Source: Narcine bancroftii (Eukaryota). From it: 64,000 nt of DNA. The translations under genes were made by a program, and so were the position numbers. How positions within the stretch are numbered: the first letter of the stretch is position 1; each line of letters begins with the position of its first letter. The DNA lies in NCBI RefSeq assembly GCF_036971445.1, contig NC_091480.1:6634001-6698000 (forward strand), in the 5' to 3' direction. Positions 24,601 to 37,063 of the stretch are shown piece after piece. The notes below the pieces were generated by a model, which searched no databases, was not told where the DNA came from, and saw only the letters and a list, made by a program, of their open reading frames with translations.

Positions 24601-27600
24601 TCCACAACTCAGTTTTTCAAGCAATCTCCGCAAATGCTCGTATTTTTTCCTCACCGTCCTTCCAAACAAGAGTGAAACCGAGCTGATATTCCTGTCTGGA
24701 TCGACAAGCGCCTTCATTTCCCAGACAGTTCCAGCACTGGGAGGGAATGTTTTGAATGGAGGAGTGCACGTGCACAGAGGACAGCACCCGGTATCGTTCA
24801 CACAGCAGCTTGTGCAGGACCAACAGTGGCAGCAGTACCTCAGATGGGTTGGCATTGATGACAATGTCTCTGAGGACACCAGAATTCTAAAGCAAAATGT
24901 AATGACATTTGTGAATATTACACAATGCAGATGCAGAACATTGAAACACAAAGCAAGGCCTTTACCCCTTCAGATCAACTGCTGGCACTTTATCCCAAAT
25001 GAATAGCATCTTAACTCCTTTTTCCTCATCTTTGCTCCATGCACTTTGAAATCATTACGCAATAAAAATACAGAAAGATCAGCCATGAAAATTTAATTGA
25101 CCCAGCAAAACCTGCTTTTCTGCATTTGATTGTTCCAGAAATACTGGTAGAGGTATGGAACCTTCTTCAGCTTATCTATTGCAGCAACAAGTACAAAGCC
25201 TATAACTACATGTAAAAAAACCCTCAGACTACAATTTTAGAAATATTAGTTTGCTACCTCGACCAATTATATATTGGCTATAAAAACAGCAAAAGGTAAT
25301 AAGTAGAGTACACTGACTGAACCTGCAGTATGATTAGAATCATACTTGTGAACTTGTAATACAGAATAAAAAGTAGAAATATGTTGGGAGATGCCAATCT
25401 CTGATTATCAAGGATTTTTTTTTTTAAGAACTACAAAAAAGGGGACTGGTGGGTTATGGAGAGGGAGCAGGAGGTGGGACGAGTGAAGTTCACTAGATGG
25501 GCTGTAATGGCCTGTTTCTGTACTGTAAATTGTTATATGGTTACAAATCTTTAATAGGAAAGACAGTAGGATTGTTTGCCAAGTGAAGTTTTAATTGAAG
25601 TACTATATTATTAAACTAAACAAGAAATCTACAGATGCTGGTGTCTAGTACAGGAAAACATCTGAGGTCGGCATCCCTCAAGAAGACTTAGCAGCCAAAT
25701 GGAGATAAAGAAGTAATCTGCATTATTAAAATATACAATAACACCATAGCCAGGGCTATCAAAGTAGATTCAAAGTTTCATAAGAAAAGCATGATTCCTG
25801 GTAGGAATGGAAGTGACCTTGGTCCTCTTATTTGGGGAAGGTAAACCGGCCAGAATAGCAGAAAGAGGAGAAAGTTAATGCAGTAACCATGAGAAAATAC
25901 ATACATTCAGGTGGGAGGAATGAAATGATGAAAAATGGCAAAAGAGTAAGGCAAAAAGGTTGCTGTCTGTTCTCCCATGTCTGCATAGAATTCCTTCAGG
26001 TGCTCTGGTTTCCTCCCACTCTCCAAAACATACAGGGTTTATAGGTCAATTGGCAATATTTGAACTGCACAGACTCGTAGGTCAGAAGGGCCTGTTATGG
26101 CGTTGTATGCCTAGATTTTTTTAAAATCAAAAATGTATCATTTTTGACAATCCTTAGAACCTTACTGCTTAAAATGGTGGAGGTTTGGGATGGTACAGTA
26201 CCTTGAGTCTCTATGAAGAAACATCCAGAAATAATACTTAAAATGAATGGCATGCGTAATATCCCAGGCATTGCCTAACCCACCTCTGGAAGAGTCACAT
26301 TAAGCACCTCAAAATTCACAGGACGAGACTGACAGAAAGTCATGCTCAACGCTGAGGGAATTCCAAGAAAATAACTGCCAAAAAAAACCTGAAAGTCACT
26401 GACCATTGTGCAAATTCTTCATCGAATTCATATTTAACCACATGCTCATTTATCCCATCAAGTTCAGGTTCGTACTTACCTTTCCCAGTACAGAATCTAA
26501 GCTAATTGCAGTCTGATTTGATGGTTCAGAGCAGGCATGGTTGATTTCTGCAACATCTAGGTCAGCATCTGGAGTGAGGACCGTCTTTGAGAGACCATCA
26601 ACGACAGCCTTCAACTCATACAAACGATTCAGAATATCAGTCTGTCTTGATTCCAAATTCAAGAGCTCTGGAGACTCATTCCCATTCTGAAAACCAAACA
26701 ATGAATACACGTGTTTATGCCGAGTTGGCTATGTGCTAATTACTTGTCACATTTCCTGACGTCGTGACAGTGTTCCAAAGTTAGCTGCAAATTGAATTGG
26801 TGATAATGTTCGACCTTCATAGTCGAAGATGACCATGGCTTCAAAGTCATTGGGTTGAAGTCATGACTTGCGCTTGACTTGGATTAAAGTGAGGGAGAGT
26901 TGCGCAGGCCTATCTGGATTAAGTGGCAAGGCAGTCGAGACAGCTGGAGACAGGTCAAGATGCAGTGGATGGCTAGCAGTGTTCTGTGTGTGTCTCACTG
27001 TGCCCTCTTAGCGCTCCACGACGCATTGCTGAGAATTGCCTTTCTGCCCGTTGAACCAGTGGTTTCTTCAGCACAGTCCGCCAAATCCAGGCTTCACACA
27101 CTAGGTAGACAACCCCGGAGTGCTCGCAAGCCTCCCCACCCTTCGTTGGGCATCCTCACCCGCCATTGGGAGATGTTTCCTCTTCCGCCTGCTCCGCCAT
27201 TGGGATGACCACCTAGTGATGTAATAGTGACACCACTCCCTCACTTGTTTTCGCCCGCTGGCTGAAGCAGTTTCCAGGGTGTGGTATGAGGAGCCAACAA
27301 GTGAGAGATTTAGGAGATGAGTGAGGTCCACCATCCCCACCGTAGTGAGGCGCAGCTAACAGCACCAAATGTACTCCCTCTCCTCAGAGCTCCCTCCACA
27401 CCCCTACTCCTCAGAGCTCCCTCCACACCTTGTCTAAGATTAACCTAGTTTAGCCAGAGCAGACTTGTGTCCCGTTTTTTACCAAAATATTGACTTTTGT
27501 CTCGGAGATCTTGCATCCAAACAGGAGAACGGATCTCTGAGCAGGGAAAGACAAAAGCTGTATGCTGGAGAAACCCAGTGGGTGGGAAAGGCCCACAGGA

Positions 27601-27901
27601 GAAAGGAACCTCAGGATTACATGTAAACCTGACGTTCATATTTCAGGTCGGGAAAGTTGGAAACGCTGAGAGTCCTGGAGACTCGGCCGAGGTGTCTAGT
27701 TTCCAGGGCCAAGGCCCCTTGAGTCCGGCTCGGCCCCGTGGAAAATTCCTGGCGCCCGCTTCCCCTCCGGGATCACCCCCAAAACCAAGAGCCCCGCACC
27801 TGAGCGTCCACGGCGGGCCCGTGAACGTTGGCCAACTTGTACATGCAGCTGGGCAGCTCCGCCGCGCCTTCGCCCAGGCCGAAAGGCTTCACCCGGTACA
27901 T
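21688..27901 (-). CDS. AIMP2: Aminoacyl-tRNA synthetase complex-interacting multifunctional protein 2 (p38/JTV1), 4 exons, ~307 aa
   Basis: Exons 27901-27800 ([20 protein letters not shown]), 26686-26480 ([31 protein letters not shown]), 24886-24655 ([17 protein letters not shown]), 22070-21688 ([27 protein letters not shown]-like domain, TAG). 924 nt in frame. ATTAAA on minus strand at 21612-21607. Confidence 0.96.
22855..23502 (+). mobile_element. L1 3' fragment
   Basis: Degenerate [13 protein letters not shown] zinc knuckle, 3' UTR and A-rich tail; same family as 61399-62870. Confidence 0.8.
26806..27360 (-). mobile_element. Non-autonomous RTE-derived element in AIMP2 intron 1
   Basis: End sequence GTTCGACCTTCATAGTCGAAGATGACCATG..TTGGATTAAAGTGAGGGAG resembles RTE-derived SINE termini (recalled, not searched); no RT ORF. 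Confidence 0.6.
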
Positions 27902-28322
27902 CTGCTCCCGCTGACAGACCGCACCGTGAGCGCCGGCCGGAACCCTCAGCAGCCGCTTGGCCCCGCCTTTCCTTCACTTCCTCCCCACCCCTCATTGGCC
28001 GGTGGTGGCCCGCGTCGCGATTCCGTTTGGACAATAGGGGTGTCAATCAAATGAATCACGGCATAGATAAAATGATTTAGAATAGAAGTAAACTATATCA
28101 TCCAGTTTATGTTCATTGAAACTAATATTTTTAGGGATAGGTAAATGATAGTCCCCCGGCCTCTCTCAGGCCTGATGTTGGAGATGGTCTTGGTAGGACT
28201 ACAAGTCCCAGAGGGCAGTTCGCCGCGACGCGCTGCCGAGTCGTCTTGAAGGCGCCGTGGAGAGCGGAGCGGCTCCGGCTTGGCGCGTGTTCGGCGCCCA
28301 GTGGCCTTTGGCCAGAGGGGCG
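27902..28322. promoter_or_regulatory. AIMP2/PMS2 bidirectional CpG-rich promoter
   Basis: Divergent ATGs ~420 bp apart in CpG-rich sequence. ZNF143/SBS-type ACTACAAGTCCCAGAGGGCA at 28198-28217, inverted CCAAT (ATTGG) at 27994-27998, ETS-like CACTTCCT near 27975. Confidence 0.8.
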
Positions 28323-30862
28323 ATGGAAGGCTGGTNNNNNNNNNNNNNNNNNNNNNNNNNNNNNNNNNNNNNNNNNNNNNNNNNNNNNNNNNNNNNNNNN
28401 NNNNNNNNNNNNNNNNNNNNNNNNNNNNNNNNNNNNNNNNNNNNNNNNNNNNNNNNNNNNNNNAAGAGCCGTTATTGGAATGGCTCCACCTGAAATACAT
28501 TTGAAAAGATATCAAAACTTTCTTTACAATAGGTTTCTAAAGATGGACAAGACCAACACACATATTTCCATGGAGCAATATCCGATTTGCATCTGTCACA
28601 ATATTAGAAAAGAAACAAGCCAGCTGATTTTTGGACACATGAACACGATGCACCACTTTGAATTGGATGAATGAATGTCGGGCACATATTGAAGATGTAT
28701 TCACCAGTTTAAGAATCTGTGCCTCACTCCTGTGCTAACATACCTGTCCATGGCCTCATACACTGGCAAACCAGGGCCATCCGTAAATTGGAGGAGCAAC
28801 ACCTCATATTCCATCTGGATGCTCTCCAACTGCATGACGTTAACGTCGACATACCCGGTTTCTGGTGGACCACACGCCATTCTCTCTTTTTTCCCCATCC
28901 CTCTGTTGCCTTTCCTCTCTTGTGTGGGATGATTTTCAGAAATTAGATTGAAAGAATTTGGAGCGGATTTGATTGAGGTATCAGATAATGGACTGGAGTG
29001 GGGCACAAATTCTTAAACTGGTGAATACATCTTCAATAGATGCCTGACATTCATTAATCCAATTCAAAATGCTGCATCGTGTTCATGTGTCCAAAAATCA
29101 GCTGGCTTGTTTCTTTTCTAATATTGTGACAGTTGCAAATCTGATATTGCTCCATGGAAATATGTGTGTTGGTCTTGTCCATCTTTAGAAACCTATTGTA
29201 AAGAAATTTTTGATATCTTTTCAAATGTATTTCAGGTGGAGCTATGACCCAGTCTAATAACTGCTCTTTTTTGGGGTTATTGACCCAGACAAGGGGAGTT
29301 TTTCTGTACCTGTGCAACGGGTTGTGGCTTTCTCTACATTGTTGACTCAAAGAGCCATCTATTTCGAATGGAAAGACTCTAGACCTTCAACAGTGTTTCA
29401 GTGGTTTTCTCATGTCCTGTTTAAGTTTAGAAAAAATTGGATATCATGTATTTGAGTCATCAGTGAAATTTGAAGATACATGGCGACCTTTTATATCTTA
29501 CTTTCATTTGATGGAAATGTTTATAATGTGATTAGATGTACTCACTCTTTGTTTTTTGAATCACGGTTTGACTCAAAAGCTACAAAGTATACGTAGTCCT
29601 CGGGATAAGCTGCTCAGGTGTTTTTTTTTGGTTAATTTTCTTTTATAGAGTAGGTTAGGTGGGTTTTTATATATATATTTTCAGTTTTGTTCCCTTTTCT
29701 TCATTGTACTGTATTTATTATAAAAACCAATAAGAAAGATTGATAAAGAAAGGAGCGTGGCACAGAATAGCATTAACCATGGTTGGTAAACCTGATCCGA
29801 GTCCTGAGACCCAGTTCTTTTCAAGGCTAATCAAACAAGAACCTTGCATGTTGGGCACCAACTGCTCACCAGTTCCAATGAAAGGTGATTTACCTGAAGT
29901 ATTAACCTTGTTTTTTCTTCCACAAATGGCCTGCTGAATATTTCCATCATTGGTTTTATTTAAATACTGTCAATATTTTTTGTTGAAGCCAAAGGTGGCC
30001 AAACTGCAGCCCCTGGGCCAACCGTGGCCCATTGGCTATTTTTTAAGAAAAACGAATGGCGCTGCTGCTGGTGCGGACCCCGGAGAGCAGGGGAGCAAAG
30101 ACTCAGCGCTCCTGAGAGGTCAGTCCGCCCAGTTCAGCCTTTAAACGGCCTGTTAAAGGTTGAAAACTGCCGGGTTTAATATTGTTTGGCCCTTGACTCA
30201 TATTTTTCTGTATGTGGCCCACAACCAAAAATGTTTGGCCATCCCTGGTTTAAACTATAGCTGAAGTTGCTGAATTGATGCAGAGTGGGGCACACACCAA
30301 CGCCCACCACGTTTGTACTTGAGTTTCTTTTTGTGTCTGTTAACTATTCTTGTGACTGATGTCAATACCTTGCATGTGTTTTCTGGGTGTGTTTCAGTGA
30401 TGCTTTGTTTTCTGTGGATTTAGCTTGGAACCTGCAAGGGAAATCAAGGCAATTGATCGAAAGTCTGTGCACCAGATTTGTTCAGGACAGGTTGTGCTGA
30501 GCCTCTGCACGGCTGTAAAAGAACTGGTGGAAAATAGTATAGATGCTGGAGCTACTAACATCGGTGAGGACAAAATGAACATTATATTTTCATCAGTGCT
30601 TATTTATGCATTTCTTTTCAAACAGCTTGTGCAGGCGTGATAGGCCAATTAGGTTCAACCTGTATCGTTCTGTGATATTTTTAAAAAAAATTCATAGGTT
30701 CTTGAGACATTAGTTATACTTTAATGACTTGAGGCAAATTCCACAACAGTTTGTACTTGCTCAGCCATTTCAATGATGAAATTCCTCAAGGCACATTATA
30801 AAAAGATGGCTATTTTGAAGGGGAACTGAACAGTGCAACCAAAAATTGTTAGGGCCTCTGTT

Positions 30863-30899
<37 letters not shown>

Positions 30900-33800
30900 C
30901 TGTGTATATATGTCATTGTAATAAAACAATGTCATATTACATGGAGGCCTGAGATGGGTGTATCACTGTTGTTCTGTTTCCTGCTGCCTGCTTGCATGTC
31001 TGGAGCATCAAGAGTGATGTTCCTCTGCTGTCTCTGGGCTTGTGAAGAGCTTCTTCCAATGCTGCTTTGCTTTCTTGGGCTCATATTGAACTGGGTTTGG
31101 CCACTTGTTTTTATTTTGAATGAACATTGATGCACAGGAATGTAACTAATTGAGATGTCCCTGGTGCGAGTTCAACATTTTTTGAATTTTTGAACTTCAT
31201 ATCTTCATATGACCTTAAAGGTAAAAGTGTCGCATACTAGATGAATACATTAATTGCAAATATTTTGCATTATTGCTGAGTGTACATGATGATGCATTTG
31301 CTTTCCTGCTATCAGTGCAACTCTTGAGTAGAAGGCACATGACTAGATGTCTGATCGATTTATTTATTTAGGGTTAATTACTGCTGTTAAATATTTATAT
31401 TCGGAGCAATTGACTTCTTAGTAAATTTATGCCTCTCTTGTGTGGGATGTTTTTCAGAAATTAGATTGAAAGAATTTGGAGCGGATTTGATTGAGGTATC
31501 AGATAATGGAGATGGAGTGGAGGAGAAAAACTTTGAAGGGCTAAGTAAGTTTTTATTTCTTTCATAGGTTGATGAGCTTTTAGCCATGATGTCTTCAAAG
31601 TTAGGAAGGGGTTCTGCAAGAATATAAATAAATATGAATGATGCAATATGTGTTCATGTACATTGATGAACTCAGTTTAATATTGTACTAATTGAGCAAG
31701 CAGTTCTATTTTGATCTGAAGTCAACCTGGACTAATATTAAAAGTGATAAGTTTTGAACATTTTGAATTCAGTGCTAGGTAATCACAGGTGATAAATGTC
31801 CCAAGTTGAAACAAGATATTGAAACAATCTAATTATAACTATTCTATTTTAGCCATAGAAGCATCTTGAGCTTGTCCTACCATTTAGTGAGATCATGGCT
31901 TTTTTGTGACTTTTCTCCGTACTTCAACCTTTGCTTAATTTTTTTTGTTAAATCTATTTATTTGCAATTTGCCAAGGGTATAATGTTTTTGAAATTTATT
32001 ATACCTTTTGCTTGTATAAACATTTACAGCTTCACTTCTGAAAAGCTTGATTTTAAGGTTTAATTCCTGACTCATCGTGTTCAAGGAAAACATCTTCTTT
32101 GTCTTCCAAGCTCTTAGTATTTTTTAAAACTCTTAGATCAAGTCATCCTTCTCCCAATAAATTCCAGTCCCTATTTGTGTAAGCTCTCTTTATAATTTAA
32201 CCATTAGAATCCAAGTATCTTCTTTATAAATTTGCTCCAATTCCATTACAGTAAATGCTTTCTAAGGTATAGTGCTCAGAACTCCTCACAATCCTTCAAC
32301 TTTATGTAGCTGTTGCAAGCTTCTCCTTTGCATTTTGACATTAAGAATTCTATTTAAATTTCACAAGACATGAGAAAAATGTTAAAATTGGTCTGATGAG
32401 CCTTTCATTTAGTGTGGAGGTGTTTAGGTAACCTTTACTCTGGGTTCAAATGCTTTTCTTAGACCGATGGTGTATTATACTAACCATAAAGTTGGCCAAG
32501 ATCCCCTATTTTGTGTTCAAATTCATTTAAAATACAAATTAAAAGTCCATAGAATAATGTTTCTTAGGTGTTGGCTTTTAATAATTATTGATATTGAAAT
32601 GCAAGCTATGTAAACATAGTACAGTATGTGGCAAATTTACAGATCTATAAATTTACAAATCTACATTTATTCATTTTGTTAAAGCATTGAAGTATTACAC
32701 GTCCAAGCTACAGAATTTTTCTGACCTCTTGCATGTTGAGACATTTGGATTTAGAGGTGAAGCTTTGAGCTCCTTGTGTGCCCTGAGGTATAGTGATACC
32801 ACTTTCAAAATTTTCATTTGTGTGGTACTGTGTGTCGATTCTGGAGTAGACATTATTAATTGTTATATTCACAGATTTCCCTTGGAAAATAGTGTGAAGT
32901 TGTGCAAAGGTTTAGAGGTTAATTAACCTACTTGCAGGCACCGACTTGAACATTGCTTCCATGGGTATCATCATGTTTATACCGACTGATAGTCATTAGT
33001 TTAATATGAAAGAAGGGCTTCTGCTTCCAGAGATCAAGGAAAGGGTGGCAAGAACTTGCAGAAGTCATCATACTATTGATTTTATTGTTACAAATTTACC
33101 AAGACTTTCTGAATAAAGGAAGGGAAGCAATGACTGAAAACAGGTGACAAATAGCTTGAATAAGTAATTTATTACGAGTTGTCACAGATTCATACAGCCC
33201 AAAATGGAGCCCTCAACTCGCCACAACTGTGGCAACCTTTTTCCTAAAATACTATTTCTTCTGCATTAGCGCTGTATTCTCTGTGTCTTGACTATTCATG
33301 CCTGTCTATACAGTGATTGTAGCTGATGCCTATTCCTCCCTGGCAGTGTATCAAAATCCTGTAATATCCTACCATTTAATGTATGTCCTACCCTAATCTT
33401 TCACGTTGGGATTAAATTTCATTGCCAATGCTCTCCCCGATTTTTTTTTTCAGTCTGATATGTATCTTGCTGTAACCTTGGTGACTTAAGGATGAGAGAG
33501 CAGAAAGATTCATAGTCTTACATCAGAGAAACAAGCCCTTTGGCCCACAATCCACACGACTGTCAAACACCCATTTACATGAATCCTATGCTATTCTCTC
33601 AATATTCCCATCACTTTTCCTATATTCTACTATTAACTGCAATTTACAATTATCAATTCCTCTAACAACCTACATGGCTTTGAGATGTGCGAGAAAACTG
33701 GTGGCGTGGTTCGCGCAACATTGTTATTGCGCCAGCAATGGGGACCGGGATTTGAATCCTGTTCTGTTGTAAGGAGTTTGTACATTCTCCCCATGTCTAT

Positions 33801-36800
33801 TTGGGTTTTTCCTGGGGTCTCCAGTTTCTTACCACTGTTCGAAACGTACCGGGGGTGTAGATTAATTGGGTGGCACAGACTCATGGGCCTGTTACCTTGC
33901 TGCATGTATGTCTTAAATTAAATTATTTAAAAAAAAAAAAAAATTAATAAGTTAAATTTAAAAAAAATTGAGAGACCAGTAACAGGGAGAACGTGGAAAC
34001 TCCATGCAAATCGTGCCTGAGGTCAGGATTTAACTTGGGTGCTGGTGCTGTGAGGAAGATCTTGACATGAATGTCCACTGTGCTTGTTAGGATAGAGGTG
34101 GGGGTTCCAAGAGTGGATCCTAAATAGCTAGAAGCAGTGCCTGCAATAGCAATGGCTAGAATCATAGATATGCAGTGTCTGGAAGAGAATATATTGTTTG
34201 AAATATTGCAGACAGGGGGAGAGATTTATGAATGAATATTAGTTGAATATATTGAAAGATGAGACCTGTGCATACCACTGAACAGGTGTGAGGTTTAACT
34301 GGAAGAATGGGCTTCATCAAGTACAGCAAGAAAACTAGGATGGTTGTTCAGTCTGGAGAATGTGAAGCTGATGAAAAATATTTCAGTTTGCTGGCTTAGC
34401 TAATATTTTACATTCTTTAATATTATCATGTGTTCTAAGATACAATGAAAAGCTTTATTTTTCATGCCATTCAATGGCAAGCAATGAGTCACCATGCTTT
34501 AGTGCTATCTTAGGAAAAAATAGAAAAGAAAGAAATAAAGTCCTGTCAGAGACAGCGAGTCATCCAGGATCACGCTGCCTTCTCTACCTAGCCATCACCA
34601 TAACTACCAGTACTTATACCTGCATGTTGTCCAGTGCTAGAGTGCCTTCTCAGATCAAGCCTCTGTATTTAGTTGCCTGCTCTCTATCACATCTCCTCAA
34701 CCCTGGTCCCAACTTCCAGAAGTTGAGGAGCAGATTACCTCACAGGAAGCGATCAGACTGCTAGGGATCTTTTGCCATTGTTCTTTTTGTTCCTGCCAGC
34801 AATCTTTCAATTGTGACTTGCCACAAGACTGCCAAAGTTGGAATGCGTCTGCTATTTGACAGCAATGGACACATCAGCCAAAAGATACCACATCCTCGAC
34901 AGCAAGGAACGACAGTTAATGTTCAGCAGCTGTTTAATACGCTTCCGGTCAGGCACAAAGAGTTTCTGCGAAATATTAAGAAGGTAGCTTATATTTAATT
35001 TTAAGGTTTTTCAAGTAAACCAATCAAAATGGTCAACATAAAATATTTACAAGTTTAACTCGTTCAACCCTTCTCAGAGTTTAATATAAGCACCTCCTAT
35101 ACCACCAATTTTGTGCCATGCTTTGCTAAATTGTCTGTAAACAACCCTCATCCACCTTCCTCATCTTAAAAAATTCAGTCAAGTTTGTGAGATATGATTT
35201 CCCACCCACAAATCATGTTGACTGACCCTAACCAGTCGTAGCCTTTCCAAATTCAAGTAGATCCTTTCTTTCAGAAATAAAGGCACCACTAGAGCCATCC
35301 TTTAGTCTTCTGGCACATCACCCGTGCCTAACAATCATGCAGGGGTCCTGCAGTTTCTTGCTTGCTTTCCCATAATGTCCTAGGATGCACTTGCTCAGGT
35401 TCTGAGAATTTATCTACGTTGATGTGTTTTTAGACCTCCGGCACTACCTCTACCATGGACTCTTTTTAAGACATAGTGATTTACTTCCCTGAGTTCCCTC
35501 ACCTCCATTCCTTTCTCCTCAGTAAATATTCATGAAGTGGCCTAACAATGGAGTTCTCTATGACTGGTAACTATAACTGGAATTTATAGACCATATCAAA
35601 GCCTAAACTGCTGTAAACAGTTGCTGTAAATTGTGAACACCTGTACAAAATTTGATCAATATGCTGTACACTGATTTGATTTCAAACATTTGCAGTTTTA
35701 TTTTTAAGACCATACAAAATGGGCCTACTCTTCATTCTCCAAATGCCCATCTATCACCCTGTTTTCTTGAACTGCATTTGAATAATCTTTCATTCTATTT
35801 TTCCATCTAATAACTCTTAAATGTACCTTAGTTTAGGTTTATGTATTTTGTTCTCTGACATTTCTCTTTGAGTTGAAAAGAAAATAGTAAAACACTGCAC
35901 CAAAGTCCTGCATTTTTAACCTCTTTTAATTCAAATCAGGAATACAGTAAAATGGTGCACATGCTGCAGGCCTATTGCATCATTTCCACGGGTGTACGGA
36001 TCACTTGCACAAATCAGATTGGACAAGGAAAGAAAAACCCTGTTGTTTGCACGAGTGGTTGTTCCACATTAAAGGAGAATATAAGTGCTGTATTTGGATC
36101 AAAGCAGGTAAAATATTTATCACGTATCAATATGGGATATAATTCCTTTAACTGCATTCACAGGCTCTTTGTCAGTGTGCCAAGTAATTTATGATGGTGC
36201 CTTTTTCATAAAAAGGATTGGGGAAGATTTACTAAAATGTTGCCGGGATTCCAGGATCTAGATTACAAAGAAATATGGATTAGACTGGGTCTTTATTCAT
36301 TGGAGCATAGAAGGTTGAGAGGGGATTTGATAGAGGTATTTAAAATTATGAGGGGGGTAGATAGAGTAGGTGTGAATAGGCTCTTCCCCTTGAGGGTTGG
36401 TGAGATTGGAACGAGGGGTCATAAGTTAAGGGTTAGGGGGCAAAAGTTTAGAAGTAACATGAGAAGGGGCTTCTTCACTCAGAGAGTGGTGGCTGAGTGG
36501 AATGACCTCCCGGAAGAGGTGGCTGCAGCAAGGTCAATTTTGTTATTTAAGAAAAGGTTGGGTAAGTGCATGGATGTGAGGGGATTGGAGGGTTATGGGC
36601 AGGGAGTAGGTAAGTGGGACTAGAGATCACTTAAATTGGTATGGACTAGAGGGACTGAGATGGCCTGTTTCTGTACTGTAATTGTTATATGGTTGTAATT
36701 GGTTATCAGTGGATGCAGTTAGATTCTGTTGGAAAAGCTTTTATAAACTTAGTGAGTCAGAATGGAATTAAAATCATTACTACGTGGAAGGATGAATTGA

Positions 36801-37018
36801 GTTCATGTCCACTTTCTGTTGATGGTCATAGATGAGACAAATACTCGTATTCGATTTCCCAGGGTAGGGGGAGTCTTAAAAAAAAAAATAGAACACATAT
36901 ATGAGAAGGTGTTATGTGATGGAAAGCAAGTTCGATGGGATAAAAAAGCAGTGAGTCTGAACACAGGCTGATTATATAGTGATCTTTATTCACAAGTGTA
37001 GGGAAGTCTTGAAAGGGA

Positions 37019-37063
<45 letters not shown>

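Noticed and set aside
27380-27429. 23-bp direct repeat CTCCTCAGAGCTCCCTCCACACC
   Set aside because: Simple local tandem duplication with no evidence of function.
27497-28054. 185-aa plus-strand ORF
   Set aside because: Shadow of the AIMP2 exon 1 CpG island; low complexity and no domain.
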